52,345 nucleotides of DNA from Rhodospirillaceae bacterium (GCA_002717225.1 PBDG01000073.1:1-52345), one strand, 5' to 3'. Counted from the first letter of the stretch, positions 1 to 9,472 are shown. Notes: generated by a model from the sequence alone, not told the origin. Translations and numbers: made by a program.

Positions 1-1
1 C

Positions 2-334
2 ATGCTCGGCCACCTCAGTGGCCGGTTGCTGCTCGAACGCGCGCCGCAAAAACTTAATCAACAAGCCGTCATCGACGCCTGCGCCGAGACCGGCACGTGG
101 ATCGAGCTGAACGCCAACCCCTACCGCCTCGACCTCGACTGGCGCCACTGGCAATACACCAAAAGCCGCGGCGTGAAATGCGTTATCAATTGCGACGCTC
201 ATCGCGTCGAGCACGCTGGCTTCCTAAGAATCGGCACCGCCATCGCCCGCAAAGGTTGGCTCACGAAAGGTGACGTGATGAACACCCTGCCATTGGCAAA
301 GCTGCGGAAGGAACTGGCGAAGAAACGTGGTTAA
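2..334 (+). CDS. C-terminal fragment of a PHP-domain protein (family X DNA polymerase / histidinol-phosphatase-like); 5' end lies outside the window
   Basis: The ORF is open at the window edge. The segments ELNANPYRLDLDW and INCDAHRVEHAGF look like PHP-domain metal-binding motifs. Stop TAA is at 332-334. Confidence 0.55.
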   Translation: MLGHLSGRLLLERAPQKLNQQAVIDACAETGTWIELNANPYRLDLDWRHWQYTKSRGVKCVINCDAHRVEHAGFLRIGTAIARKGWLTKGDVMNTLPLAKLRKELAKKRG

Positions 335-1581
335 CGGCGGCGACGCCCACCGCGTCTGCCTCCGAAACCAAAGTGCTGCCCCTTGCCGACACGGGCGGTT
401 TTCATCTTGCGATCGCGCACGCTAACACCCTTGAAGCGTTTCTCGTCGAGGATGGTGGTGTAGGTGTACTTGAAATCATCCAGCTTGGCTCGTTCGATAT
501 TCCGACCGATGAAGCGCTCGATGGCGTCAACGTGCTGCACATCTTCAGCGACCATCAGCGTGAAGGCGTCGCCTGTAGCCTCGTGCCGTCCGGTACGACC
601 GATGCGATGAACGTAGTCCTCCGGATGCTGCGGCACGTCGTAGTTTATAACATGACTGACATTGGTGATGTCCAAGCCGCGGCTGGCGATGTCGGTGGCG
701 ACCATCACCTCATATTTACCATCACGAAACCCCTTCAACGCTTTTTCGCGATCCCGCTGTGTACGGTCGCTATGCAACGTGGCCACAGCGTGGTTCTTGC
801 GCTTCAGTTGGCCGCTGATTCGGTCAGCGCCGACCTTGGTGCGCGTGAAAATAATGACCGAGTCGTAGTTGAGCCCCTCAAGGATACCAAATAACAGGTC
901 GAGTTTTTGTTTTTCCGCGACGGGATAGATGACATGGTTGATGGTGTCCTTGGGCGAACGCCGCATGCCGATCTCGATAGTCTCGGGATCATTCATGGCC
1001 CACGTGATGAGCGTCTCGATTTCAGGCGGAATAGTGGCACTGAAAAGTGCGGTCTGCCGCTCCTTCGGGCATTTCTGCAAAATCTGTTTCACGTCGGGCA
1101 GAAAACCCATGTCGAGCATGCGGTCAGCTTCGTCAAGCACGACGAAGTCAATAGAGTCCATCTTGGCGACACGCTGACGCATGTGATCCAATAGTCGACC
1201 AGGCGTGGCGACAATGACGTCGACACCATTCTTAAGCGCGTCGACCTGTTTACCGTATCCCACGCCGCCATAGATCACCGCCACAGTAAGGTCAGTAAAG
1301 CGCGCGTAATCGCGGATGGCAGTTTCCACCTGACTGGCCAACTCGCGTGTGGGTTCAAGGATAAGCACGCGAGTTTTGCCGTGGGCCTTGCCGATCTTGC
1401 TGAGGAAAGGTAGTGAGAACGCGCCGGTCTTGCCGGTGCCAGTCTGGGCGCTCCCAATAACGTCGCGTCCTTCAAGCAGCAACGGGATGGCGCGCAACTG
1501 GATGGGTGTGGGGTCGGTCCAGCCCATCGCACGGACGCCTTCAAGGATGGGTTTGGCCAAGCCTAGTTTGCTGAATGGCAT
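331..1581 (-). CDS. DEAD-box ATP-dependent RNA helicase (RhlE-like)
   Basis: 416 aa. Motifs seen: AQTGTGKT (motif I), VLDEADRM (DEAD box), SAT and HRIGRTGR (motif VI), plus an RGG-rich basic C-terminal tail. Confidence 0.9.
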   Translation of the reverse strand: MPFSKLGLAKPILEGVRAMGWTDPTPIQLRAIPLLLEGRDVIGSAQTGTGKTGAFSLPFLSKIGKAHGKTRVLILEPTRELASQVETAIRDYARFTDLTVAVIYGGVGYGKQVDALKNGVDVIVATPGRLLDHMRQRVAKMDSIDFVVLDEADRMLDMGFLPDVKQILQKCPKERQTALFSATIPPEIETLITWAMNDPETIEIGMRRSPKDTINHVIYPVAEKQKLDLLFGILEGLNYDSVIIFTRTKVGADRISGQLKRKNHAVATLHSDRTQRDREKALKGFRDGKYEVMVATDIASRGLDITNVSHVINYDVPQHPEDYVHRIGRTGRHEATGDAFTLMVAEDVQHVDAIERFIGRNIERAKLDDFKYTYTTILDEKRFKGVSVRDRKMKTARVGKGQHFGFGGRRGGRRRR

Positions 1582-1630
1582 AAAGGGCGCACTTTATGGA
1601 GCACGCTGCCCCGGGGTGCAAACACTTTTC

Positions 1631-1659
1631 TTGAGAAAGACGCCGCACGCGCGCATAGT
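1631..1659 (+). promoter_or_regulatory. Putative sigma-70-type promoter for tRNA-Pro(UGG)
   Basis: TTGAGA (1631-1636), a 17-nt spacer, then CATAGT (1654-1659), ending 8 nt before the tRNA 5' end. The architecture matches the one upstream of the second tRNA-Pro. Confidence 0.3.
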
Positions 1660-1667
1660 GACCCGCA

Positions 1668-1745
1668 CGGGGCGTGGCGCAGCCTGGTTAGCGCGCCTGC
1701 TTTGGGAGCAGGAAGTCGTGAGTTCGAATCTCACCGCCCCGACCA
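1668..1745 (+). tRNA. tRNA-Pro (anticodon UGG), CCA encoded
   Basis: Cloverleaf read by hand. Acceptor stem is CGGGGCG/CGCCCCG and D stem is GCGC/GCGC. Anticodon stem is CCTGC/GCAGG with loop TTTGGGA, giving U33, anticodon TGG and G37. T arm is GTGAG-TTCGAAT-CTCAC, followed by ACCA. Confidence 0.9.
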
Positions 1746-1753
1746 TTTTCCCA

Positions 1754-2791
1754 ATGAACCCGCTCCCCGACATCATTGCCGACGAGGCGCAACTCGACGA
1801 CGTCATTACCACGCCCTCGAACGCGCTGTGCGAGTTCATCACGCAGATAAGCAGCCCGCTGGTCATTCTCGGCGCCGGAGGAAAGATGGGGCCATCGCTG
1901 GCAGTGTTGGCCCATCGCGCAGCGCAGACGGCTGGACACCAGCTGGAAGTCGTCGCTGTCAGTCGCTTCTCTGATGCCAACGCAAAAGCGTGGCTGGAGG
2001 AACGCGGCGTGCGTGCCATCGCCGCCGATTTGCTCGACAACGACAGCTGGGTTGGCTTGCCCGACACGGAAAACGTCATCAACCTTGTTGGCCAGAAATT
2101 CGGCACCACCGATAATCCCGGACAGACGTGGGTCATAAACACGCTTGTCCCCGCGGCTGCCTGCCAGCGCTTCAAGGGAGCTCGTATCGCCGCCCTCTCC
2201 ACCGGCTGCGTGTACCCCATGTTGCCAGCAAACAGCGGCGGTGCCACCGAGGACACGCCCATCGAGCCGGTTGGCGAATACGTCAACGCCTGTCTCGCCC
2301 GCGAACGTATTAACGCACATCAGGCCGACCTGCACGGCACCCCCTTGGCCATCATCCGACTCAACTACGCCATCGACCTGCGTTACGGTGTTCTCTTCGA
2401 CATCGCCAGCCGCATTCACGCCGGCCAGCCCGTCGACATTTCCATGGGCCATTTCAACTGCCTCTGGCAAGGCGACGCCAACGACATGATCATTCGATCT
2501 CTCGCCCTTTGTGAGACACCAGCGCGGCCACTGAACATTACCGGAGCTGCCACGCTGTCCACTCGCGAGACCGCCCACGAGTTAGGCAGGCTTATGAACC
2601 GAGAACCAGAGTTCGCCGGCGAGGAGGCCGAGACCGCGTGGCTCAGCAATGGCGCACGCGCCTTTGCATCCCTCGGCGAGCCCTCCACGCCGCTGGAGAC
2701 CATGCTCCGGTGGACAGCCCACTGGGTGCAATCCGGCGGACGCAGCCTCGGCAAGCCCACCCACTTCGAGATCCGCGACGGAAAGTTTTAG
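1754..2791 (+). CDS. NAD(P)-dependent epimerase/dehydratase-family (Rossmann-fold) protein
   Basis: I place the start at ATG 1754, because the 5' part of track ORF 1349.. crosses the tRNA. An N-terminal VILGAGGKMGPSLA glycine-rich dinucleotide-binding motif is present. About 345 aa. Confidence 0.55.
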   Translation: MNPLPDIIADEAQLDDVITTPSNALCEFITQISSPLVILGAGGKMGPSLAVLAHRAAQTAGHQLEVVAVSRFSDANAKAWLEERGVRAIAADLLDNDSWVGLPDTENVINLVGQKFGTTDNPGQTWVINTLVPAAACQRFKGARIAALSTGCVYPMLPANSGGATEDTPIEPVGEYVNACLARERINAHQADLHGTPLAIIRLNYAIDLRYGVLFDIASRIHAGQPVDISMGHFNCLWQGDANDMIIRSLALCETPARPLNITGAATLSTRETAHELGRLMNREPEFAGEEAETAWLSNGARAFASLGEPSTPLETMLRWTAHWVQSGGRSLGKPTHFEIRDGKF

Positions 2792-2830
2792 CCCTTGCTG
2801 CTTACACATCACCAGCATCTCGACGTCGCC

Positions 2831-2859
2831 TTGCACCGCCTTTCGCTCTCCACTAGACT
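2831..2859 (+). promoter_or_regulatory. Putative sigma-70-type promoter of ispF (near-leaderless)
   Basis: TTGCAC (2831-2836), a 17-nt spacer, then TAGACT (2854-2859). The GTG start at 2866 is only 6 nt downstream and there is no Shine-Dalgarno sequence. Confidence 0.35.
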
Positions 2860-2865
2860 CTCTCC

Positions 2866-3345
2866 GTGAATCGCGTGGGCATAGGCTATGATGTGCATCG
2901 TTTAAAGGAAGGGCGGCCGCTCATTCTGGGTGGCGTAAACATTCCCCACGACACCGGCCTCGACGGACATTCCGACGCCGACGTGTTGATGCACGCCATT
3001 TGCGACGCCGTACTCGGCGCCCTCGGCGAGGGCGATATCGGCTCCTTTTTTCCGCCCAGCGATCCCCAATGGAAAAATGCGCCCAGCAAAATCTTTCTGG
3101 AAGAAGCCGCCCGCCAAATTGAATCGCGCGGCGGCCGCCTCATCAACGTCGATGCCATGCTTATTGCCGAAGCCCCCAAGATTGCGCCGCATGTTGACGC
3201 CATGAAAGCAAACATCGCCGCTGCCCTTGACGTGCCGGCCACCACCATCGGCATCAAGGCCACCACCAATGAAACCATGGGCTTTGTCGGCCGCGGCGAA
3301 GGCATGGCCGCGCACGCCGTGGCCAGCGTTGAATTGCCTGACTGA
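2866..3345 (+). CDS. ispF: 2-C-methyl-D-erythritol 2,4-cyclodiphosphate synthase
   Basis: 159 aa. The N-terminal RVGIGYDVHRL and GHSDADVLMHAICDAVLGA are hallmark IspF motifs. Confidence 0.9.
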   Translation: MNRVGIGYDVHRLKEGRPLILGGVNIPHDTGLDGHSDADVLMHAICDAVLGALGEGDIGSFFPPSDPQWKNAPSKIFLEEAARQIESRGGRLINVDAMLIAEAPKIAPHVDAMKANIAAALDVPATTIGIKATTNETMGFVGRGEGMAAHAVASVELPD

Positions 3346-3346
3346 C

Positions 3347-3619
3347 GTGGCGAGCAAAGGAGACATTGGCTGGAAGCGGCGAGACGAATATGGCGAGCGC
3401 ATCCAGGTCAAGGCCAAGAAGGTTGGCGACCGCTGGCTATTCCGCGTCAGGTCCAAGCGTTTCGATGAATGGGAGGATCATCCCTCGCCCCCGCTGGAGG
3501 ATTGGCTGGAACTGCTCGACTGCGTTCGCCGCCGTATCCAGCGCAATCTGATCCCAGAGATTGAGGAGCAACTCCTCCTGAAATTTATCCGCGAACAGTT
3601 CCCTGGGGAGCATCCTTGA
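3347..3619 (+). CDS. Small hypothetical protein (about 90 aa)
   Basis: GTG 3347 lies 1 nt after the ispF stop. Codon usage is coding-like and GC3-rich. The stop overlaps the next gene's TTG start (TTGA at 3616-3619). I recognise no family. Confidence 0.4.
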   Translation: MASKGDIGWKRRDEYGERIQVKAKKVGDRWLFRVRSKRFDEWEDHPSPPLEDWLELLDCVRRRIQRNLIPEIEEQLLLKFIREQFPGEHP

Positions 3620-4368
3620 GACATTCACCCGCCATCCTTGTTTCAACGAGCAACGAACAACGCGGCGCGGAGTTCCGCGATTTCTCCACCAGCCTTTCCC
3701 ACCACTACACCGAAGCCGTCACCGATGCAGGAGGCGTGCCGCTGCTGGCCCCCGTAGTGACCAACAAGAAACTGGTTGCCGAGATGGTCAAGCGATCCGA
3801 CGGAGTGATGCTCACCGGCGGCGACGACCTGCAACCGGACCTGTACAATCCCGCCCTGCCCAAGGTCCTCAAGATAAAGGCAACAGGAGTCGATCCGCAA
3901 CGGGACTTGTTTGAATTCCTCCTAATTGAACAGACGCTCGAACAACGTAAGCCCCTGCTGGCCATCTGCCGCGGGCCGCAGGTGTTAAACGCAGCCTTGG
4001 GCGGCGGGCTCGTGACGGACATTCCCAGCGAATGTCCGGGCGCCTTGAACCATCAACGCAAGCCCGATGCCCACAAGCTCGTCCACACCGCCCAAATAGC
4101 AGAACGCTCTCTCATGCGGCGTATTTTCAAGAATTCAACCCTCCGCATCAACAGCGCCCATCATCAGGCCGTTGGCGAGCTGGCCCCTATGCTTCGGGCA
4201 ACGGCGTGGACTAGGGATCACATTCCCGAGGCAATCGAGTTAACTCCGGAAGAAGCCCAGAACGCACCTTTCTTGCTGGGCATTCAGTTCCACCCGGAGC
4301 GTCTTTATAAAAAACATCCGGAATTCCTGAGGATTTTCACCACTTTCACGCGATCCTGCCGCCACTAA
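3616..4368 (+). CDS. Class I glutamine amidotransferase-like, peptidase C26 / gamma-glutamyl-GABA hydrolase (PuuD-like) family
   Basis: 250 aa. LAICRGPQVLN supplies the nucleophile Cys and GIQFHPE supplies the catalytic His/Glu region. Confidence 0.75.
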   Translation: MRHSPAILVSTSNEQRGAEFRDFSTSLSHHYTEAVTDAGGVPLLAPVVTNKKLVAEMVKRSDGVMLTGGDDLQPDLYNPALPKVLKIKATGVDPQRDLFEFLLIEQTLEQRKPLLAICRGPQVLNAALGGGLVTDIPSECPGALNHQRKPDAHKLVHTAQIAERSLMRRIFKNSTLRINSAHHQAVGELAPMLRATAWTRDHIPEAIELTPEEAQNAPFLLGIQFHPERLYKKHPEFLRIFTTFTRSCRH

Positions 4369-5813
4369 AGAGGCCACATGCCCGGGCGAAGATTTTGGTA
4401 GGGAAACTGGCTCAAGTCACTGCCGCAGGGACCGGGTGTGTCGACGGAAAAACTGCGTGCTGTGATGGGATCATACGCCCGCCGATGTGCAACAGCCGCC
4501 TTGACGACAATGACTTTCAGGCTTGCGGGATCAATGCCCTGACTTCTCCACTGGCCGAGGTCAAATGGAGCAGTCTTAAAAGTGGTCAACAGAACCAGCA
4601 CGCCTTGGTGTCTCACCACCGCGCAAGGCCCCATCTCGGCATGACTGCCAAGCATCGAAGCTAAGTGGCTCTGTTTGTCTTCCAGCTCAAATCGACCATC
4701 ACTGCGTGAAACCAACTCCACTTCCAAGGAAATCGGCCCAGGATCCATCACGCTACCCTTTCCGCCGATGGATAACTTTGCCTTCTGGCCAATCGCAACA
4801 CTGCCCAGCGCAGTCACAGCTTGCGGATCATTGATGCAGATCGCAGCGTCCTCAATGGAATGGTCGACCAAGGCCCGAAGGCAGCATGTGCAGTCACCCG
4901 GCGCACCGCCACCAATGTTGTCGGCCGGCTCAACCAAGACCGTCAAGCCGCCCGCCCTTTCCCGCAAGTGGGGCATCACCGCGTCGAGAGATTCTTCATG
5001 TCCACGGGCGTCCTCCTTCAAGTCATCGGCAAGTCGTTCCAGTCTATCAAAGCACAACTCCGCCATCTCGCTTGATCCGGATGTGACCACCTGAAAACTG
5101 AGCCCCGTGTCCGGCGTATCAGCGAAGGCAAAGCCAGCCGCAATGTTCACCGCCCACACCTCAGAACTCTCCATTTCACGGGCGGCAGCCTCAAGAGCCC
5201 GCATTGGATTTTCACTGGTAGAGGTGCCAATCGGTGGAAGCAGTATTTTCGCCTGATGCAGGTGCATGCGTGGGCGGGTGGTGTGGAAACAATTTCCCAG
5301 TAACCTTCCTGCCCGAATGGCCGCTTCGCGCGCGTCCGTGTGTGGGTTTTCACGATAAGCGACGATGCATTCAGCATATCCTGCCATGGCCGCCGAAAAA
5401 TTCGCATGCAAATCGCATACACCGAATACCGGAACCTGATTCCCCACAAGATTCCTGACTCTATACAAAAGTTCCCCTTCCACATCTGGGAATGAATGCG
5501 AAACCATGGCACCATGCAGGACGAGATACACCGCATCGCAATCGCCCTTCCACGCTGTTTCAAAGTCCACCCACCAAGCTTCAACCACCTCATCTTCAAC
5601 CATCCCGCTGGGAACACACCGATAATCCGCGGCAGGAACAACATCCCACCCTTGTTTCTCAGCGAATTCCAATATCCCGCCCAGCGGCGAGGGGTCGCCA
5701 GCACAATCCATAAGCACTCGACCGCGCTTCACCTGAAAGTCCGCCAGCGATGACACCTCTTCCACGAAAGTGTGAGTCTCGTGAAACAACCCAGCCACCA
5801 AAATTCGTTTCAC
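4365..5813 (-). CDS. M81-family metallopeptidase (MlrC-like)
   Basis: 482 aa. The N-terminal MKRILVAGLFHETHTF is typical of the MlrC N-terminal domain, and length and layout are consistent with the family. Confidence 0.75.
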   Translation of the reverse strand: MKRILVAGLFHETHTFVEEVSSLADFQVKRGRVLMDCAGDPSPLGGILEFAEKQGWDVVPAADYRCVPSGMVEDEVVEAWWVDFETAWKGDCDAVYLVLHGAMVSHSFPDVEGELLYRVRNLVGNQVPVFGVCDLHANFSAAMAGYAECIVAYRENPHTDAREAAIRAGRLLGNCFHTTRPRMHLHQAKILLPPIGTSTSENPMRALEAAAREMESSEVWAVNIAAGFAFADTPDTGLSFQVVTSGSSEMAELCFDRLERLADDLKEDARGHEESLDAVMPHLRERAGGLTVLVEPADNIGGGAPGDCTCCLRALVDHSIEDAAICINDPQAVTALGSVAIGQKAKLSIGGKGSVMDPGPISLEVELVSRSDGRFELEDKQSHLASMLGSHAEMGPCAVVRHQGVLVLLTTFKTAPFDLGQWRSQGIDPASLKVIVVKAAVAHRRAYDPITARSFSVDTPGPCGSDLSQFPYQNLRPGMWPL

Positions 5814-5844
5814 CGTTTCTCAATACGGGGACTCTGCCCGCATT

Positions 5845-6519
5845 TCACAGGATTCCATGCTTGGCAAACGCTTCCGTGACCGGCATCCCCGCAGCCAAGT
5901 CATCACGCACCTGATTTTCGCCCTCCACTTTATTGAGCGACAACTTCAACACCTCACTCGACACGGCCCGTGGAATCACAACCACCCCATCCTCATCCCC
6001 AACAATCAAATCACCATTCGTGATTTTGACCCCATCAATTGTGATCGGCCTTCCAATTTCCGCCACATCAATGCGGCCCTTGCTATCCGCTGGCGTCCGG
6101 CCAATCCCGAAAACCGGGAAATCCATCTTGTTCAAGGCCCACATGTCCCGGCAACAGGTGCTCATCACCACGCCACGCACGCCCTTCGCCATGCATGCCG
6201 TGGAAAGCAATTCTCCCCAAAATGCGCTCTGGCGGTTGTAGCCCGCATCGACAACCAGAACATCCCCTTCGCTCATGGAATCAATGGCGCCCATCTCCAG
6301 CTTGTAGGGTTCGGCTGGAATTTCATCCACGGCTATGGCACGCGCAGTGAACACTCGGCCGATCAGGCACCGTGCGGGAGTCAACGCCACAATATCCGAG
6401 CCGAGGGTTTGATGCCGGTACCCGAGCCCATCCAGAACATCGGCCACTACCGCGGAATAAAGTTGCTCCAACGTGGAAATGGAGTCGTGCATCAGGCGAC
6501 CAGTGTGCTCCGGCGACAC
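5845..6519 (-). CDS. RraA-family protein (4-hydroxy-4-methyl-2-oxoglutarate aldolase / oxaloacetate decarboxylase-like)
   Basis: 224 aa. The VVADVLDGLG and GELLSTACMAKGVRGVV segments are RraA-like. Confidence 0.7.
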   Translation of the reverse strand: MSPEHTGRLMHDSISTLEQLYSAVVADVLDGLGYRHQTLGSDIVALTPARCLIGRVFTARAIAVDEIPAEPYKLEMGAIDSMSEGDVLVVDAGYNRQSAFWGELLSTACMAKGVRGVVMSTCCRDMWALNKMDFPVFGIGRTPADSKGRIDVAEIGRPITIDGVKITNGDLIVGDEDGVVVIPRAVSSEVLKLSLNKVEGENQVRDDLAAGMPVTEAFAKHGIL

Positions 6520-6543
6520 ATCCCAGTCGAGGCCAGACTGGTG

Positions 6544-8241
6544 CTACATCTTGTCCGTGACCTCGATGCCCAACACGCCCAGCCCTTCCTTCAATACCCT
6601 TGCCGCGAGATCGCACAAGGTCAGCCGAGATGTCTGCGCATCACCGGATTGAAGAACAGGACAAGCTTCATAAAAACGGGCGTAGTGTCCCGCAAGTTCA
6701 TACAGGTAGGTGCAGAGATAGTTGGGGCGGTATTCGGCCGCAACCTGCTCCAAGGCTAGGCCGAAGTTTAATAGATGCTTCGCCAGCGCGAATTCCTCGG
6801 GAGTGCTCAAGGAAATTTCTCCCGCTGAAACCTCATCCATACCCGCTTTGCGGAAAATACTCCGAATGCGGGTATAGGCGTACTGCAGATAAGGCGCCGT
6901 GTTGCCCTGCAACGCAAGCATCCTGTCCCAGTCAAAGATGTAATCGCTCTGGCGATTGTTTGATAGGTCGGCGTACTTGAGTGCTCCCAGACCCACAATG
7001 CGTGCGATCTCCCGCCGGGCCGCCCCATCCAAGTCCGGGTTTTTCTCGGTCACAACTGTAAACGCCCGTTCCTCGGCCTCGTCAAGCAGCGCGGCCAGCT
7101 TAACCACCTCGCCACTCCTTGTTTTAAACGGCTTTCGGTCGGGTCCCAAGATGGAACCGAACCAGACATGTTCCAAACTCGCTGAAACTTCGGGACGCCA
7201 ACGGCGGTGAATGGCGAAGAGTTGCTGGAAGTGCAGCTGCTGCCGTCCATCCGTCACGTAAAGAATTTCATCCGGCAACCATTCACGTTGCCGATGTTGC
7301 AGGGTGGCCAAGTCTGTGGTGGTGTAGTTTGCAGCCCCATCGCTTTTACGCACGATGGCGGGCTGTCCCTTGAGTGGCGAATCATCCGGAAACTCCACGA
7401 TCATCGCTCCTTCACTTTCCACGGCGATTTTGTTTTTCCGCAAATCCTCCACTACGCCAGCCAACTCATCATTGTAGAAACTTTCCCCCAACGTGTAGTC
7501 AAAACCCACGCCAAGGCGGCCATAAACCATATCAAACTGCTGTTGCGAAAGATCGATCATTTGCTGCCACAGGCTGAGATTTTCACTATCCCCTGACTGA
7601 AGCTTGAGTAGTTCGGCCCGCGCGGCGTCGCGCAACGATTCATCGCTATTGATAGCCTTGTAGATGCGCTCCATCTCAGCAATCGGATCCGCCTCCAAGG
7701 CCTCCTCATCCAGGATCGTTTTCCAGCCAAGCAGAAGCATGCCAAACTGGGTTCCCCAGTCGCCAATGTGGTTGTCCGTAACAACACGATGGCCCAACAG
7801 GCGCAGAATCCTCGCCAACGAATCTCCCAAAATGGTGGACCGGATATGCCCCACATGCATCGGCTTGGCGACATTGGGCGAACTGAAATCAATGACAATC
7901 GTCCGTGACGGAATCGCAGGCTCAAAAAAAAGCTGGTCACTGGATGCCGCCTCTTTCAACACCCCGCTGACCGCCTCCGGTTCCAAATGAAAATTCAGGA
8001 ATCCGGGCCCGGCGATTTCCACCTTGGAACACCATTCGGAAACATCCAGGCGCGCCACCACTGCGCCGGCCAACTCCCGGGGATTCATCCTGCGCTGCTT
8101 GGCCAAAGCCATTAACGCGTTACTCTGGTAATCACCGAATTTAGGATCACACGGTCGCACCAAAACGCGCGAAGTATCGGCGTCAGGCAACTCCGCGGCG
8201 ACCGCGACTTGCAAGGCGTTTTGGATGGAACGATGGATCAC
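6544..8241 (-). CDS. argS: Arginine--tRNA ligase
   Basis: 565 aa. Class I HIGH motif in PMHVGHIRSTILGD, and an ArgRS-type N-terminal and anticodon-binding layout ending ...TDKM. Confidence 0.95.
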   Translation of the reverse strand: MIHRSIQNALQVAVAAELPDADTSRVLVRPCDPKFGDYQSNALMALAKQRRMNPRELAGAVVARLDVSEWCSKVEIAGPGFLNFHLEPEAVSGVLKEAASSDQLFFEPAIPSRTIVIDFSSPNVAKPMHVGHIRSTILGDSLARILRLLGHRVVTDNHIGDWGTQFGMLLLGWKTILDEEALEADPIAEMERIYKAINSDESLRDAARAELLKLQSGDSENLSLWQQMIDLSQQQFDMVYGRLGVGFDYTLGESFYNDELAGVVEDLRKNKIAVESEGAMIVEFPDDSPLKGQPAIVRKSDGAANYTTTDLATLQHRQREWLPDEILYVTDGRQQLHFQQLFAIHRRWRPEVSASLEHVWFGSILGPDRKPFKTRSGEVVKLAALLDEAEERAFTVVTEKNPDLDGAARREIARIVGLGALKYADLSNNRQSDYIFDWDRMLALQGNTAPYLQYAYTRIRSIFRKAGMDEVSAGEISLSTPEEFALAKHLLNFGLALEQVAAEYRPNYLCTYLYELAGHYARFYEACPVLQSGDAQTSRLTLCDLAARVLKEGLGVLGIEVTDKM

Positions 8242-8250
8242 GGGCCCGGC

Positions 8251-8712
8251 CTAATGGTTGGCTTGGCGAATGATCTCCAGCATCGCCCCGGCATCCGGCG
8301 CACCTTCGAGCGCTTGGCGAAATTCCCGGTTGTGCATGCGCTTGGCGATGTTGGCCAGCGTGCTAAGATGCTTTTGAAATTGGCCCTTGGGCACGAGAAA
8401 GAGGACCACCAGCGTCACGGGCTGGTTATCCAGTGCATCGAAATTGATCCCTTCGGAGGAGCGGCCCAGCGCTCCCACTTCCATGTCGATCAAATCCGTC
8501 GACGCGTGGGGAATTCCAATGCCAAAGCCGATGCCCGTGCTCATGGACTTCTCCCGCCGTTTCACTTCCTCGATGATCGCATTGCGGTCGGTGGCGGGCA
8601 AAGCGCCGCCATCCACCAGTTTGTCGATCAATTCATCGATCGCTTCCCAGCGGTCGGAAGCTTTCAATTCCGGGATAATCCGGTCCTCCTGAATGATTTC
8701 GCTCAGCGTCAT
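8251..8712 (-). CDS. ptsN: PTS EIIA-type (nitrogen-regulatory EIIA-Ntr-like) protein
   Basis: 153 aa. The GIGFGIGIPHAS phosphorylatable-His motif and overall PTS_EIIA_2 layout are present. Confidence 0.8.
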   Translation of the reverse strand: MTLSEIIQEDRIIPELKASDRWEAIDELIDKLVDGGALPATDRNAIIEEVKRREKSMSTGIGFGIGIPHASTDLIDMEVGALGRSSEGINFDALDNQPVTLVVLFLVPKGQFQKHLSTLANIAKRMHNREFRQALEGAPDAGAMLEIIRQANH

Positions 8713-8755
8713 GTTGGCAAAAGCCGCGCCATTACGCGCGGAAAGGCGGGGTTAT

Positions 8756-9472
8756 TCAAGGACGAATCACGGGTGACAATCGCCCCCATGCCCATTGACC
8801 CATCTCCGAAAGGCTCGCCCCCCACCAGCCAAAGGCGTCCGCCAACGCCACGCTTCCCGTAAGCAGCGGAACGGCAATGAGCAAAACCAGCACATTTCCA
8901 AGGAAGATGATGGCAGCGGAAAACAGCCGGCCCTGGGAGGTGATGTCGGGTTGCCGTGTCTGGAGCACGTGCCAAGTAAGTGTGACGTGAAATGCATAAG
9001 CCGCCCCCAGCAAGGTGTGAAATGCCGCCATCGGCAGTGCTCCGCCCCAACCCCATAGTCGATTGCCCAGCACAAAGATCCCCGCAATCCCCAAGGCATA
9101 GAGGGGAAAAAAATAAGGCGCAAGGGTGATGAGAAAATTATCCTTGGTGACCAGCACATGACCACCGTTGGAAGAGATCTTCATGCCCTTGACTCGCCCA
9201 CCGCACAGCCAAGTCCATATCGCATGAGTGAACTCGTGCCCAAAGACATAAACCCACATGGGCTTGGGTAGCAGCGTGTAAATCGTCAACCAACTCACCG
9301 CACCCGTCAGCAGCGGTACCCACGCAGTGTCCGTGCCACCCGCCATGCGCAGTGTTTTATACAAAGCCATGCCTCCGCTAACGCAAACCGGCACCAATAG
9401 CACGGCGAAGACAAGTTTCCAAACCTTGGGCCTCCCTGGCACACGGCGAGTCAAACAGAAATCCACCGTCAT
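8756..9472 (-). CDS. Polytopic membrane protein with an HExxH motif (M50/DUF3267-like putative zinc peptidase)
   Basis: About 238 aa counted from ATG 9472. There are several hydrophobic helices and a GHEFTHAIW (HExxH) motif inside a helix. The upstream 220 codons of track ORF 8756..10132 lie antisense to pyrE and are rejected. The start is uncertain (alternative ATG at 9370). Confidence 0.55.
   Translation of the reverse strand: MTVDFCLTRRVPGRPKVWKLVFAVLLVPVCVSGGMALYKTLRMAGGTDTAWVPLLTGAVSWLTIYTLLPKPMWVYVFGHEFTHAIWTWLCGGRVKGMKISSNGGHVLVTKDNFLITLAPYFFPLYALGIAGIFVLGNRLWGWGGALPMAAFHTLLGAAYAFHVTLTWHVLQTRQPDITSQGRLFSAAIIFLGNVLVLLIAVPLLTGSVALADAFGWWGASLSEMGQWAWGRLSPVIRP

Noticed and set aside
1349-1753. 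The 5' extension of track ORF 1349..2791
   Set aside because: It runs antisense through the helicase 5' end and straight across tRNA-Pro(UGG). The Rossmann motif starts shortly after ATG 1754.
5857-6759. Long plus-strand ORF (300 aa), and similar antisense ORFs at 42360..43331, 40534..41385, 22961..23806, 14752..15474 and 16260..16988
   Set aside because: Each lies opposite a gene with strong family motifs and has a skewed, motif-free composition. They are typical shadow ORFs.
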